A DNA stretch of 64,000 nt, taken from the NCBI GenBank assembly GCA_964503485.1, contig CAZDBH010000003.1:678-64677 (forward strand). The letters run 5' to 3'. The notes beneath the pieces are model-generated. The model was not told the origin of the DNA and searched no databases. It saw only the letters and a list, made by a program, of their open reading frames with translations. How positions within the stretch are numbered: the stretch's first letter is position 1; every line of letters starts with the position of its first letter. Both the position numbers and the translations under genes were made by a program. Shown in pieces: positions 18,059 through 27,537 of this stretch. The stretch comes from an uncultured Bradymonadales bacterium (GTDB taxonomy: Bacteria; Myxococcota_A; Bradymonadia; JAFGEP01).

Positions 18059-20038
18059 TTGTGTGGGAGCGAACCGATTAACTTGCTACGTACCACTTTA
18101 TTTTTCCTATTTGGCCTCGCGCTAGTTCAGGGCACGGCCTGCACCAAGACCAAAAAGGTCATTGATGTCCGCTCCTCGTGCGCCGTGTGCCACTCTCCCA
18201 GACCGGCGACGGGAGGAGAACCTCATGGCATCGTCGATGCCCATCCGGGGCACGAGCTGTCATGCGTCGATTGCCATGGGGGAGACTCAACCTCCTATTC
18301 GCAAGACACAGCTCATGTTCAGCCCCCCGAAGAGGGAATGCAGCTGCGATTCCTCACCGCGGGCGAGCTGGACGAACTGGACCCGGAATACCTCAGATTC
18401 GTGAATCCGGGTGACTTGCGTGTCGCACCACAAGCATGCGGGCAATCTGACTGCCACGGTGATATCGTCGACCGTGTGTCGCGCTCTGTCATGACCCATA
18501 CCTCCGGTGAGGTCACAGTGGCCCGCTATCGCGCCGGAGTGCAGGACACACCCCTCGCAGAGGTCGGCGCCCAGGGACTGACCGATCCAGATTATGATCC
18601 AAATGTCCTGGGTTCGTCGGAGAGCATCACGCGATTTGATCCTCGTGTGGACGAAACACCCATCGAAGAACGCACCTACGGTCAGTTTCAGGATGACTAC
18701 ATGGTGAAATCCTGCTTCCGTTGCCACATCTCGGATTTCGGCGAGAACAGGTTTCCTGGTGACTACCGATCGTCCGGTTGCTCTGCCTGTCATATGTTGT
18801 ATGCAGACAACGGTGTGTCGGAGTCGGCAGATCCCACTATCAGCCGCGACCATATCCCGCGACCCATTACGCATGAAATGACCTCTGAGATAACGAGTGA
18901 GCAATGCATGCATTGCCACTATCGCGGCGCGAGAATCGGCCCCAGTTATTTTGGATATCGCGAAGCCGGAGGCGCCGGGTTTAACCCAGAGAATCCCGAA
19001 GTGCTGGGAATTGGGCTGCACGGGCATGATCCGGCCTTCTACTTAACCGACGAGGACACGACGAACTTCGTCGACGAAACACCGCCAGATGTTCATCAGC
19101 TGGGTGGTATGACCTGCATCGATTGCCATACCGAGCTCGAGGTTCACGGCGACGGCCACCTCTATGCAGATACACAGCTCGCGACCGAGATTCGGTGTGA
19201 GAGCTGTCATGGCTCAATCGACGAAGAAACCGACGGTCAGACAGCACTCGGCAATCCTGTGTCGCGGTTGACTCGCTCCGAGTCTGGCACCTGGACACTT
19301 GGCTCGGCAGACGGTCAGTCGACGTGGGAAGTGACGCAAATCGCCAACTCTGTCGACCCGAATAGCCCCACCTATTCCAGCCGAGCAGACTATGCGATGG
19401 GACGAACAGAAGACGGTTTCAGTCATTCAGATGGAATCAGCTGTGAAACCTGTCACGCAGGGTGGTTGCCGAGCTGCTACGGGTGCCATGTCACCATGAA
19501 CTACGACGGCACCGGGCGCGTTCAGAGTACTGGCCAGGTCACTCCGGGACGGCCCTCGGGCGACCGTTGGTGGGTGGTCACAGACGATCTTGTTCTCATG
19601 CACAAACCGGACGGCATGATCGGCCTGTCGATGCCCTCTGAGCGCTTCTTTCTGACGGTCCTAGACGGCTCTGATGAACCAATATTGGACCGCGTCGCTC
19701 GACCCTTTGAGGGGGAGGAGGGGATGGGCTTTGGCCAACGCACGGTTCAACCTCACACGATTCAGGAAAGGGCTGCCTTCAGCCAGTGCCCGCGCTGCCA
19801 CATCCTAGACGACCGCTCCAATGAGGATCAGTTGAGAGTCACCGTTGGTTTCGGTTCCGACCGATTCGTAGTGGAGGACGGCGCTGGCGTCAGCTACCGC
19901 CTCGATGCCATTCAGGATGAAGAGGGAAATCCGCTCGTCACGGTCGGCCACCCTGGCCAAGAGGAAAGCCGACCACTCGACATCGACCTAGCCCACTGGC
20001 TGCTCAACACGTCAATCGAAGATGAGGGGGCTGAGTGA
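18059..20038 (+). CDS. Multihaem c-type cytochrome (about 10-11 haem sites), probable lipoprotein.
   Basis: CxxCH motifs found: CAVCH, CVDCH, CFRCH, CSACH, CMHCH, CIDCH, CESCH, CETCH, CYGCH, CPRCH. There is one CX4CH-like site (CGQSDCH). The N-terminal signal has GTAC. Confidence 0.8.
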   Translation: MCGSEPINLLRTTLFFLFGLALVQGTACTKTKKVIDVRSSCAVCHSPRPATGGEPHGIVDAHPGHELSCVDCHGGDSTSYSQDTAHVQPPEEGMQLRFLTAGELDELDPEYLRFVNPGDLRVAPQACGQSDCHGDIVDRVSRSVMTHTSGEVTVARYRAGVQDTPLAEVGAQGLTDPDYDPNVLGSSESITRFDPRVDETPIEERTYGQFQDDYMVKSCFRCHISDFGENRFPGDYRSSGCSACHMLYADNGVSESADPTISRDHIPRPITHEMTSEITSEQCMHCHYRGARIGPSYFGYREAGGAGFNPENPEVLGIGLHGHDPAFYLTDEDTTNFVDETPPDVHQLGGMTCIDCHTELEVHGDGHLYADTQLATEIRCESCHGSIDEETDGQTALGNPVSRLTRSESGTWTLGSADGQSTWEVTQIANSVDPNSPTYSSRADYAMGRTEDGFSHSDGISCETCHAGWLPSCYGCHVTMNYDGTGRVQSTGQVTPGRPSGDRWWVVTDDLVLMHKPDGMIGLSMPSERFFLTVLDGSDEPILDRVARPFEGEEGMGFGQRTVQPHTIQERAAFSQCPRCHILDDRSNEDQLRVTVGFGSDRFVVEDGAGVSYRLDAIQDEEGNPLVTVGHPGQEESRPLDIDLAHWLLNTSIEDEGAE

Positions 20039-20601
20039 TTTCTGGTACGATTAACGCGATGAACACGAAACGCTATCAGCTACTTGCCATCGTTGGACTG
20101 GTTGCTCTCAGCTCGACCTTCACTGCATGTATCGAAGAAATTCTACTGATCGACCCGGCCGTCACGTTCTCACAATCGAACGAGCCGCCCGTCACTGGTG
20201 AGATTTCGATCACACTCGGAATGTACCAGGAACAGTTTTTTGACGAGCTGAACGAAGGCGATGACCTCCCCATCATCTTCGGGCTACAGGGCGGGACGTG
20301 GGTAATGCCTGCGATCCGATGCACCGGCATGGCAGTCTCGGTCGAAGTAACCGCTTCCGTGGTGACCGAAAACGGCGAGGACGTCGGAATACTTCCTGCT
20401 GATGGAATGCGACTGTTGCCTCAGCCGGACGGTTCGCTTCACATCGAGGCGATTCCAATTCCCATCGGGCATCCTGGCACCGCTTCGAACGAACCAATCG
20501 ACGACCTATATGGCCAAAATGCGATCCTCACGATATCGGTGGTCGATTCGGGTGGCCGGCGCGCTGAGGCCCATATTGACGTCGTGCTCACCAGCGGCTA
20601 A
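20035..20601 (+). CDS. Lipoprotein of unknown function, co-operonic with the multihaem cytochrome.
   Basis: ATGA overlap with the cytochrome stop. Lipobox LSSTFTAC. 188 aa. Confidence 0.5.
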   Translation: MISGTINAMNTKRYQLLAIVGLVALSSTFTACIEEILLIDPAVTFSQSNEPPVTGEISITLGMYQEQFFDELNEGDDLPIIFGLQGGTWVMPAIRCTGMAVSVEVTASVVTENGEDVGILPADGMRLLPQPDGSLHIEAIPIPIGHPGTASNEPIDDLYGQNAILTISVVDSGGRRAEAHIDVVLTSG

Positions 20602-20672
20602 CCACTATTTTCGCTCGACGAGTCCTCGAGGCTACGCTATAAGCCCCTGCGACAGGCTGGAGAGTCGTAGCG

Positions 20673-22544
20673 GTGAAGACATTTGATGCAATAGTTGTTG
20701 GGGGCGGTCACGCTGGCTGCGAGGCCGCCCATGCCACCGCTCGACTGGGCCTCAACACCCTCCTCCTCACTATGAACATCGATACAATCGGGCACATGAG
20801 CTGTAACCCAGCGATGGGTGGCCTCGCCAAGAGCCAGCTCGTCCGTGAGGTTGATGCACTCGGCGGCCTGATTGCCCGAATCGCCGATGCGTCCGCGATT
20901 CAGTATCGACGCCTGAACATGAGCAAAGGGCCGGCTGTACGAGCCACCCGCTGTCAGTGCGACATGCGCATCTATCGCCAGCAGATGCAGCAAACGCTTT
21001 TCCAAACCCCCAATCTCACAATTAAGCAGGGGACAGCGGACAAGTTCATAATCGCCAACGGGCGTGTCAGCGGCGTAGTTACTCGACTGGGCCAGACCTT
21101 TGAGGCAGACGCCGTGGTCTTGACGACCGGTACCTTTCTCCGCGGCCTCTGTCACGTCGGAATGCGCAACTTCGATGGCGGACGAGCTGGAAGCAAATCA
21201 GCCGTTGCGCTCGCTGAGGTCCTGGCAGGACTCGGCCTCGAGATGGGGCGCCTCAAAACGGGAACAACCCCGCGGATCGATGGCAGAACAATTGATTGGA
21301 GTGTCACCACCGAGCAGCCCAGCGAGGCGACAGCCCGTTTGAGCTACTTTCACGACAGCGATCTGCTGCCCCAACGGTCGTGCTTCATCACATACACCAA
21401 CGAGCAAACCCACGAAATCATCCGCGCTGCGACTGACCAATCACCGATGTTCACCGGTAAAATCGAAGGCGTAGGCCCCAGATATTGCCCCAGTATCGAG
21501 GACAAAGTCGTACGCTTTCCCGACAGGCCACGCCACCAGGTTTTTCTCGAACCGCACGGATTGGACACCCCGGAAATCTACCCGAACGGCCTGTCCACAA
21601 GCCTGCCAATTGAGGTTCAAGAGCGGTATGTCCAATCGATTGCCGGACTCGAGAACGCCCGAATCACTCGACCGGGCTACGCCGTAGAGTACGACTTCGT
21701 GCAACCCACGCAGCTTGCGCCCACTCTCGCTCTCAAGGCGCTGCCCGGCCTATATCTCGCGGGGCAGATCAACGGCACCAGCGGCTACGAGGAGGCCGCG
21801 GCGCAGGGACTGATGGCCGGCCTCAATGTCGCTCGTGAGATTCGAGGTGAGGATCCGGTTATCCTGGCCAGAGACCAAGCCTATATCGGCGTCTTAATCG
21901 ACGATCTCGTGACACTCGGTACTCAAGAACCCTATCGAATGTTCACCAGTCGGGCTGAGTTCAGACTTCTTCTTCGCGAAGACAACGCCGACGAACGCCT
22001 CAGCGATATCGGTCGGTCTGTCGGCCTCTTGCCCGACGCGGACTTTGAGCAATTCAGCCAGAAGATGCGCGCCATCGAGTCGCTTACCTCCAGGGTCAGG
22101 CGAATCGTCATACCTGTCAGCGAGCGCGGAAAGGAAATCGTCGCTGAACGGAACCTCGGCGGCCTGTCGAAAGCCATTACGGGCGCCGATCTGCTGGCTC
22201 GTCCCGGTTCATCGCTGGAGGATCTGGCCGTGTTGTCGGAGCAGCCCTTTGACGACGTGTCGCCAGAAGTCGCAGAAGCCGTCGAGATCAGGCTGCGTTA
22301 TCGTGGTTACATCGAGCGCCAGAAGGAACAAGCGGCCCGTTTTCACGTCATGGAGGATCGCAAGATCCCCGACTGGGTCGTCTACTGCGAGGTCGCTGGG
22401 CTCAGCGCGGAAGTGATTGAAAAACTGGCCTCGGTGAGGCCGATCACCTTTGGGCAGGCAGTTCGGATTTCTGGTGTCACACCAGCGGCAATTACGAACT
22501 TAATGGTTTATATCAGTTCACGTAAACGGGCAGGAACAGCCTAA
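20673..22544 (+). CDS. mnmG: tRNA uridine-5-carboxymethylaminomethyl(34) synthesis enzyme MnmG (GidA).
   Basis: The FAD-binding N-terminus (FDAIVVGGGHAGCEAA) and collinear MnmG motifs (NPAMGG, GQINGTSGYEEAAAQG) are present. Length 623 aa. Confidence 0.9.
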   Translation: MKTFDAIVVGGGHAGCEAAHATARLGLNTLLLTMNIDTIGHMSCNPAMGGLAKSQLVREVDALGGLIARIADASAIQYRRLNMSKGPAVRATRCQCDMRIYRQQMQQTLFQTPNLTIKQGTADKFIIANGRVSGVVTRLGQTFEADAVVLTTGTFLRGLCHVGMRNFDGGRAGSKSAVALAEVLAGLGLEMGRLKTGTTPRIDGRTIDWSVTTEQPSEATARLSYFHDSDLLPQRSCFITYTNEQTHEIIRAATDQSPMFTGKIEGVGPRYCPSIEDKVVRFPDRPRHQVFLEPHGLDTPEIYPNGLSTSLPIEVQERYVQSIAGLENARITRPGYAVEYDFVQPTQLAPTLALKALPGLYLAGQINGTSGYEEAAAQGLMAGLNVAREIRGEDPVILARDQAYIGVLIDDLVTLGTQEPYRMFTSRAEFRLLLREDNADERLSDIGRSVGLLPDADFEQFSQKMRAIESLTSRVRRIVIPVSERGKEIVAERNLGGLSKAITGADLLARPGSSLEDLAVLSEQPFDDVSPEVAEAVEIRLRYRGYIERQKEQAARFHVMEDRKIPDWVVYCEVAGLSAEVIEKLASVRPITFGQAVRISGVTPAAITNLMVYISSRKRAGTA

Positions 22545-22567
22545 GTACTAAGCTATGGAGAAGCAGC

Positions 22568-23509
22568 ATGGACTTTAAGGGCTCTGACATCATCACCGTA
22601 AAGAAGTTCGAGCGTGCCGATCTCGAGCGCGTTTTCAGCGTCGCCAAGGCACTGGAGCCGTATGCGCGAGCGGAGAAGACTACGGACGTGCTCAAGGGTC
22701 GAGTACTGGCCAACCTGTTCTTTGAAGCCAGTACACGTACTCGGCTCTCTTTCGGCAGTGCGTTCCTGCGGCTGGGCGGCTCCGTCGAGACGACGGTTGG
22801 TGTTCATTTCAGTTCCATCTCGAAGGGGGAGACCCTTGCCGACACCATCCGAGTAATCGACGGATACTCGGACTGCATCGTCTTGCGTCATCCCGAGGTC
22901 GGCTCGGCTGGCCTCGCCGCCGAGGTGGCACACTCCCCGGTTATCAACGGTGGCGACGGCCCCGGCGAGCACCCCACACAGGCTCTCCTGGACCTGTACA
23001 CGATTCAGAAAGAGCGCGGCAAAATCGACGGCAGCACGATCGCCTTCGTCGGCGACCTCCGCTTTGGCCGAACGGTTCATTCTCTTGTTGAGCTCCTCAG
23101 CCGATTCAGTGACATGCGAGTTATTCTGGCCTCTCCACCGGCTCTGAAACTGCCGAGTATGGTGGTCGAGCAACTTCGTGCCAGAGGCATCCCCTGTGAA
23201 GAAACAACAGACCTCAAACGCGCGGCGGCAGCCGCCGATGTCATGTACGTGACGCGGGTTCAGGCAGAGCGGTTCCCGGATCCAGCCGAAGCCGCCCGTT
23301 ATGTCGGTGCTTATGTCGTCGATCGGCGGCTGCTCGACGACGCCAAGGATGACGTCACGATTCTCCATCCGCTACCGCGACACGGCGACCTCGCTGAGGA
23401 TGTCGACGACCACCCAGGTGCGGCCTACTTCAGGCAAGCTCACAACGGCATACCGCTGAGGATGGCGATCTTCGCCCTCATCTTCGGCGTCGATTCGGCC
23501 TTTCTTTGA
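22568..23509 (+). CDS. pyrB: Aspartate carbamoyltransferase catalytic subunit.
   Basis: Motifs: STRTR in FFEASTRTRLSF, HPTQ, and the ATCase-type GDLRFGRTVHSL. The HPLP motif and the 313-aa length also fit. Confidence 0.8.
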   Translation: MDFKGSDIITVKKFERADLERVFSVAKALEPYARAEKTTDVLKGRVLANLFFEASTRTRLSFGSAFLRLGGSVETTVGVHFSSISKGETLADTIRVIDGYSDCIVLRHPEVGSAGLAAEVAHSPVINGGDGPGEHPTQALLDLYTIQKERGKIDGSTIAFVGDLRFGRTVHSLVELLSRFSDMRVILASPPALKLPSMVVEQLRARGIPCEETTDLKRAAAAADVMYVTRVQAERFPDPAEAARYVGAYVVDRRLLDDAKDDVTILHPLPRHGDLAEDVDDHPGAAYFRQAHNGIPLRMAIFALIFGVDSAFL

Positions 23510-23535
23510 GTTTTGAAGGGAGCTGACCTTCTCGG

Positions 23536-24231
23536 TCAGCGAGAGACTCTGAGCTCGCCAGTCACAAAGAAACTGACACCGACACTGAGGAGAATGTTGT
23601 GTGAGAACTCTTCTTCTGGTCGCTGTTCTCCCCGTTGCACCTCGGCCGACGAGAACATGTGATCCACGATGTTGATGGTCAGAGCCGTGTCCCCATTCAG
23701 GAAGAACCTTAGACCAGCACCGAATGCGGGCCCGAACTTGAAGCCCTCTAGAGAGGGTGAGTCAGAGGTGAGTAACGCCGCAGCGAGCCCACCGATGAGA
23801 TGCAGGTCGAAATTGACGGTCGTCGCCTCCAAGAAGTTGAACCGTCCATAATAGGGAACCCATCCGACGTGGAAGTTGAACAATAGCGTGGTCTCGGCGA
23901 AGCCCAGCGTTCGGGCAACCGACGGGTTGGTCGCTTCTACTTCGTCGAGGATGTTGCTGTTGTACTTCAGCGCGCCCCAACCGGCGTTGAGGCCGAGTGA
24001 GAACGTATTCGTCAGGTGGTAGTTTGCGCCCACATCCAGGAAGAGAGTTCGTCGATAGGGATCGTTCAGTGTGTGAGCCAGACTGGGCATCACTTCAATG
24101 CGATCACTTCGATATAGGAGCTGGCGGCGGACAATCGGTCCTTCTTCCAGACTTCGGCTCTGGGCGAACCCGGTTGCTTGGAAGGCAACGCAAACGAGAA
24201 GGACGATTGAGACTCTAATGATCATTTTCAT
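23536..24231 (-). CDS. Outer-membrane beta-barrel protein (small OMP family common in Myxococcota), paralogue 1.
   Basis: Signal peptide ...VAFQATGFAQS. Alternating amphipathic beta-strands and a C-terminal aromatic-rich strand. 231 aa. Confidence 0.6.
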   Translation of the reverse strand: MKMIIRVSIVLLVCVAFQATGFAQSRSLEEGPIVRRQLLYRSDRIEVMPSLAHTLNDPYRRTLFLDVGANYHLTNTFSLGLNAGWGALKYNSNILDEVEATNPSVARTLGFAETTLLFNFHVGWVPYYGRFNFLEATTVNFDLHLIGGLAAALLTSDSPSLEGFKFGPAFGAGLRFFLNGDTALTINIVDHMFSSAEVQRGEQRPEEEFSHNILLSVGVSFFVTGELRVSR

Positions 24232-24234
24232 GGT

Positions 24235-24930
24235 CTAATCCCAATCCAAGATGCGTTCTTCGTGCACTTCGTAGTCAAACGTGGTCGGCAAAAAGAATCC
24301 GAACCCGGCAGAGACAGAGACGATGTTGGTGAAGGCATTCCCAGAGGGCAATGGCTCGATGTAAATCCGGTCGCGCATCTCGAGGACGAGAGCCAACCAA
24401 TCGGTGATGAACGTCCGCTGACCAAATGAGACGGCCCCGGCAGGATGGATTTCGTCTAGACTCTGCACCACACCCAAACCAGCGGTGAGGTAGATGTCGT
24501 AGTAGACGATGAGTGCGTCGAAAAGAGCGAATTTACCGTTGATCGGGACCCAACCGAAGTCGGCCCCAGCATACATCGTCAGCGGGGCGACCTCAGGGAT
24601 GGTCGAACTGACGGTGATGACCTCATCGTACGTCTCGGTTGTGCCGCCGAAATCCGAACCGTAGTCGTACCACTCGAAGGTCGGACCCACGTGGTACCTT
24701 TCGGAAATGTGATAGTACAGACTTCCGCCGGTGTGGAATTGGCTGATTAGCGGATCGTTGAACGTCACGCCAAAACGGGGAATGAACTCGACCCGCTGCT
24801 GGACCAAAACCGGTTTTGGTTGGATGATTGCGATCTCACCTTCGTTGAGAGACTGCGCTACGGCAGGCCCTGCAGAGAGTAGTATCGCGATAACGATTAA
24901 TGCTATTCGCACAGCCAAAGAGAACCCCAT
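24235..24930 (-). CDS. Outer-membrane beta-barrel protein, paralogue 2 (tandem duplicate).
   Basis: The internal start MGFSLAVRIALIVIAILLSAGPAVAQS gives 232 aa. The strand pattern matches the neighbour, and 3 nt separate the two genes. The ORF-track start at 25152 is probably an over-extension. Confidence 0.55.
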   Translation of the reverse strand: MGFSLAVRIALIVIAILLSAGPAVAQSLNEGEIAIIQPKPVLVQQRVEFIPRFGVTFNDPLISQFHTGGSLYYHISERYHVGPTFEWYDYGSDFGGTTETYDEVITVSSTIPEVAPLTMYAGADFGWVPINGKFALFDALIVYYDIYLTAGLGVVQSLDEIHPAGAVSFGQRTFITDWLALVLEMRDRIYIEPLPSGNAFTNIVSVSAGFGFFLPTTFDYEVHEERILDWD

Positions 24931-25127
24931 TTCCCGCTGCGCCCTCACCATAGGTCCATTATCTAACACAGTTTCTGCCCACCTGCCAGCTCGTCTAATC
25001 TGGCCTTTCGAACTGTTCCACGTGTTTCCGTTGACAAGCGTCTTGTCAGCACTACACTCCCCCCGGATTCCGCTCGATATTCGCGGCTTCGTAAACCTCA
25101 AATCAAACCGGAACACCGAACAAAGAT

Positions 25128-26549
25128 ATGAACCTTTCAATCCCGGACGCAACCCTCATCGATCGGATTCCTGAACCTGGCCTCGCAGATCCCATTGAGG
25201 CCCTGGCACAAATCAACCAAGCAGCGGCTCCCGGCGTGCTCGTATGGGTCGGTTTAGCCGTTCTTTTCGGCCTTATATTTCTTCTGGTTCGAACTTTTGG
25301 CCGCGGCCAGATCGAGCAGGAGCCGCCGCCCAAGCAGCTCAAGACCGAAAAGGAAGTCGAATATGATGAAGACGGCAATCGCAAGCTGAGCCTGAAGGAG
25401 ATCAAGGCCGCGCGTGCTGAGAAGCTCACTGACGATCTGAGCAAACAAGCGCGCTTAGAGGCGCGCCAGCAACGCAAGGGTAAGAGCCGCGCTGCGCCCG
25501 ACTCTCTCGACGATTCTCAATCCGACGACGACAAGGAAGACAAAACGCCTGACGTCGAGGAGGACTCGGCGCCATCGTCTGACGCTGCCGAACAACCAGC
25601 CGACGCCGAGGAGCCCGTGGCCGACAGCGGCGCCGACCAGGCTGTCGTGGCGAAGTCGCTCAAAGAAGGCCTCGAAAAGACCCGTAGTGCGGGGTTTGTC
25701 GGTCGGCTCAAGAGCCTCTTCTCGAAGAAGACGGTGCTTGACGGCGATCTCTTGAGTGAACTCGAGGAAGTCCTCTTTACCGCCGACATCGGGGTCAAAA
25801 CGAGTCAGTACTTGCTCGAAACCCTCGAAGCCAAACTGTCTGACGCTGAGCCCGACTCTCAATCGGCCTGGGAGCTGCTCAAAGAAGAAACCGCTCGAAT
25901 ACTCCTGGCCAACCAAAAACCGTTCGAGGTGGGCGAGGAACGTCCCCAGGTCGTTTTGGTAATCGGAGTAAATGGGGTCGGAAAAACGACGACCATCGGC
26001 AAGTTGGCCGATCGCTATACAGAAAAAGGACTCAAAGTCCTGCTGGTAGCGGGCGACACATTCAGGGCGGCTGCCGTGGACCAACTCAAGGTGTGGGGCG
26101 ACAGAACGGGATGCGAAGTCGTCGCTGGCGCCGACCAGGCCGACCCATCTGCTGTCGTGTTCGATGCACTCGAGAAGGCAGAGAACGAGGGCATCGATCT
26201 CGTGCTCGTGGATACAGCGGGCCGTTTGCACACAAAAGTCAACCTAGTCGAGGAACTCAAGAAGGTGCGACGGGTCTGCGACAAAGCGATACCTGGCGCG
26301 CCCCATCAAACGCTTCTCGTCTTAGACGCCAACACGGGGCAAAACGCCATCAGTCAGGCCGACATGTTCTCGAAAGAGATCGGGTTGAGTGGTCTCATTC
26401 TGACCAAACTGGATGGTACCGCGAAGGGCGGCGTCGTGATTGGAATCAGCGACGAACTTCAAGTACCGATTCAATTCATTGGAATCGGCGAGCAGGTTGA
26501 GGATCTTCGTGAATTCAACGCTCCGGACTTCGTGGAAGCTCTGTTCTAG
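25128..26549 (+). CDS. ftsY: Signal-recognition-particle receptor FtsY.
   Basis: N-terminal TM/acidic region, then an NG domain with GVNGVGKTTTIGKLA, DTAGR and TKLDGTAKGG. Confidence 0.9.
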   Translation: MNLSIPDATLIDRIPEPGLADPIEALAQINQAAAPGVLVWVGLAVLFGLIFLLVRTFGRGQIEQEPPPKQLKTEKEVEYDEDGNRKLSLKEIKAARAEKLTDDLSKQARLEARQQRKGKSRAAPDSLDDSQSDDDKEDKTPDVEEDSAPSSDAAEQPADAEEPVADSGADQAVVAKSLKEGLEKTRSAGFVGRLKSLFSKKTVLDGDLLSELEEVLFTADIGVKTSQYLLETLEAKLSDAEPDSQSAWELLKEETARILLANQKPFEVGEERPQVVLVIGVNGVGKTTTIGKLADRYTEKGLKVLLVAGDTFRAAAVDQLKVWGDRTGCEVVAGADQADPSAVVFDALEKAENEGIDLVLVDTAGRLHTKVNLVEELKKVRRVCDKAIPGAPHQTLLVLDANTGQNAISQADMFSKEIGLSGLILTKLDGTAKGGVVIGISDELQVPIQFIGIGEQVEDLREFNAPDFVEALF

Positions 26550-27331
26550 CCCGGGTAGTACTCGCGGGATGTGACCTCGGGTTTGACGGCCGGTGTACTT
26601 CCGCTCAACTGGGCGTTGGCTGATTGCAATATCGACTTCGCGATCAAACGCCGAAAACGTCCATTTGTCAGGTAGCTATCCCAGTATTCGTTCCGGTCGT
26701 GGATATGAATGACCGCCGGTGGATAGCCTAACCTCAAGAGCCAAGCGTTCATGGCCATTCGAGCGACACAGCCGTTGTCTCGATGAAACGGGAACGTCTC
26801 GATCAGTTGCCGATGGATTTCGCAGGCCGTAGCGACGGCGTGCATTCCCCTGCCTTCGTCCTCGATCCAGCTGATCATCCGGCGTAGACGGTAGGAAATG
26901 CCAGTTGGGGGGGAGATATCGTGGCGGTAAGCCGTACTCGGACCAGCGTCCTTGCGGTATTTCCCGGCCGTATCATCGCCGTCACTGGTCAGCGCTCTGT
27001 GGATACTCTTGATGAAATCCAGGTCATACGGACTTCGGTGAGTCTCTGGGGCCTGAACCAGCTTGAGCGTACGCGCCATACAGCGCACCTTCTCTAGTAA
27101 TCGGTTCTCGGACCAGTTCGCGCCCTCACGCCCTCTCAGACCGCGCTCGAGTTCGTCGTCTCTGAAGATCGCACCTTCGATCGACAGGTCGTGGTAAATC
27201 CAACTGGCAACGAAACGTTCTTCGAGCCAGGGTGTGTCATTCCACTCCCGGCCCGGCCCTTCGCGGTTGATTGCGTGGAGCTTTTCGTCGATTTCAAAGA
27301 AGAGTAAATCCATTGGCGGCCTCCATCCCAT
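26546..27331 (-). CDS. Fic/DOC (Fido) family protein with a non-canonical active-site motif.
   Basis: The Fic-like core TFPFHRDNGCVARMAMNAWLL resembles HPFx[DE]GNGR but with substitutions (HRDNGC). It is convergent with ftsY, overlapping by 4 nt. Confidence 0.5.
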   Translation of the reverse strand: MGWRPPMDLLFFEIDEKLHAINREGPGREWNDTPWLEERFVASWIYHDLSIEGAIFRDDELERGLRGREGANWSENRLLEKVRCMARTLKLVQAPETHRSPYDLDFIKSIHRALTSDGDDTAGKYRKDAGPSTAYRHDISPPTGISYRLRRMISWIEDEGRGMHAVATACEIHRQLIETFPFHRDNGCVARMAMNAWLLRLGYPPAVIHIHDRNEYWDSYLTNGRFRRLIAKSILQSANAQLSGSTPAVKPEVTSREYYPG

Positions 27332-27537
27332 AGCAAGAGCGCTTCCCCAAAAAGGCTCGCCGATAGGCGTCGTCAGCCGCGACTCTTATAATCTAGGTAG
27401 CCTCTTACCCGATGTCAAACTGAGATGCCGCTGGGAACATCGGAAGACTCCCATCCGTTCCTCAGGCCGTGTATCATTTGGTGAGCTGGCGCCATCGAGT
27501 TACTATCTAAACGGTGTGTTCGGCGAAACAGGATTGA

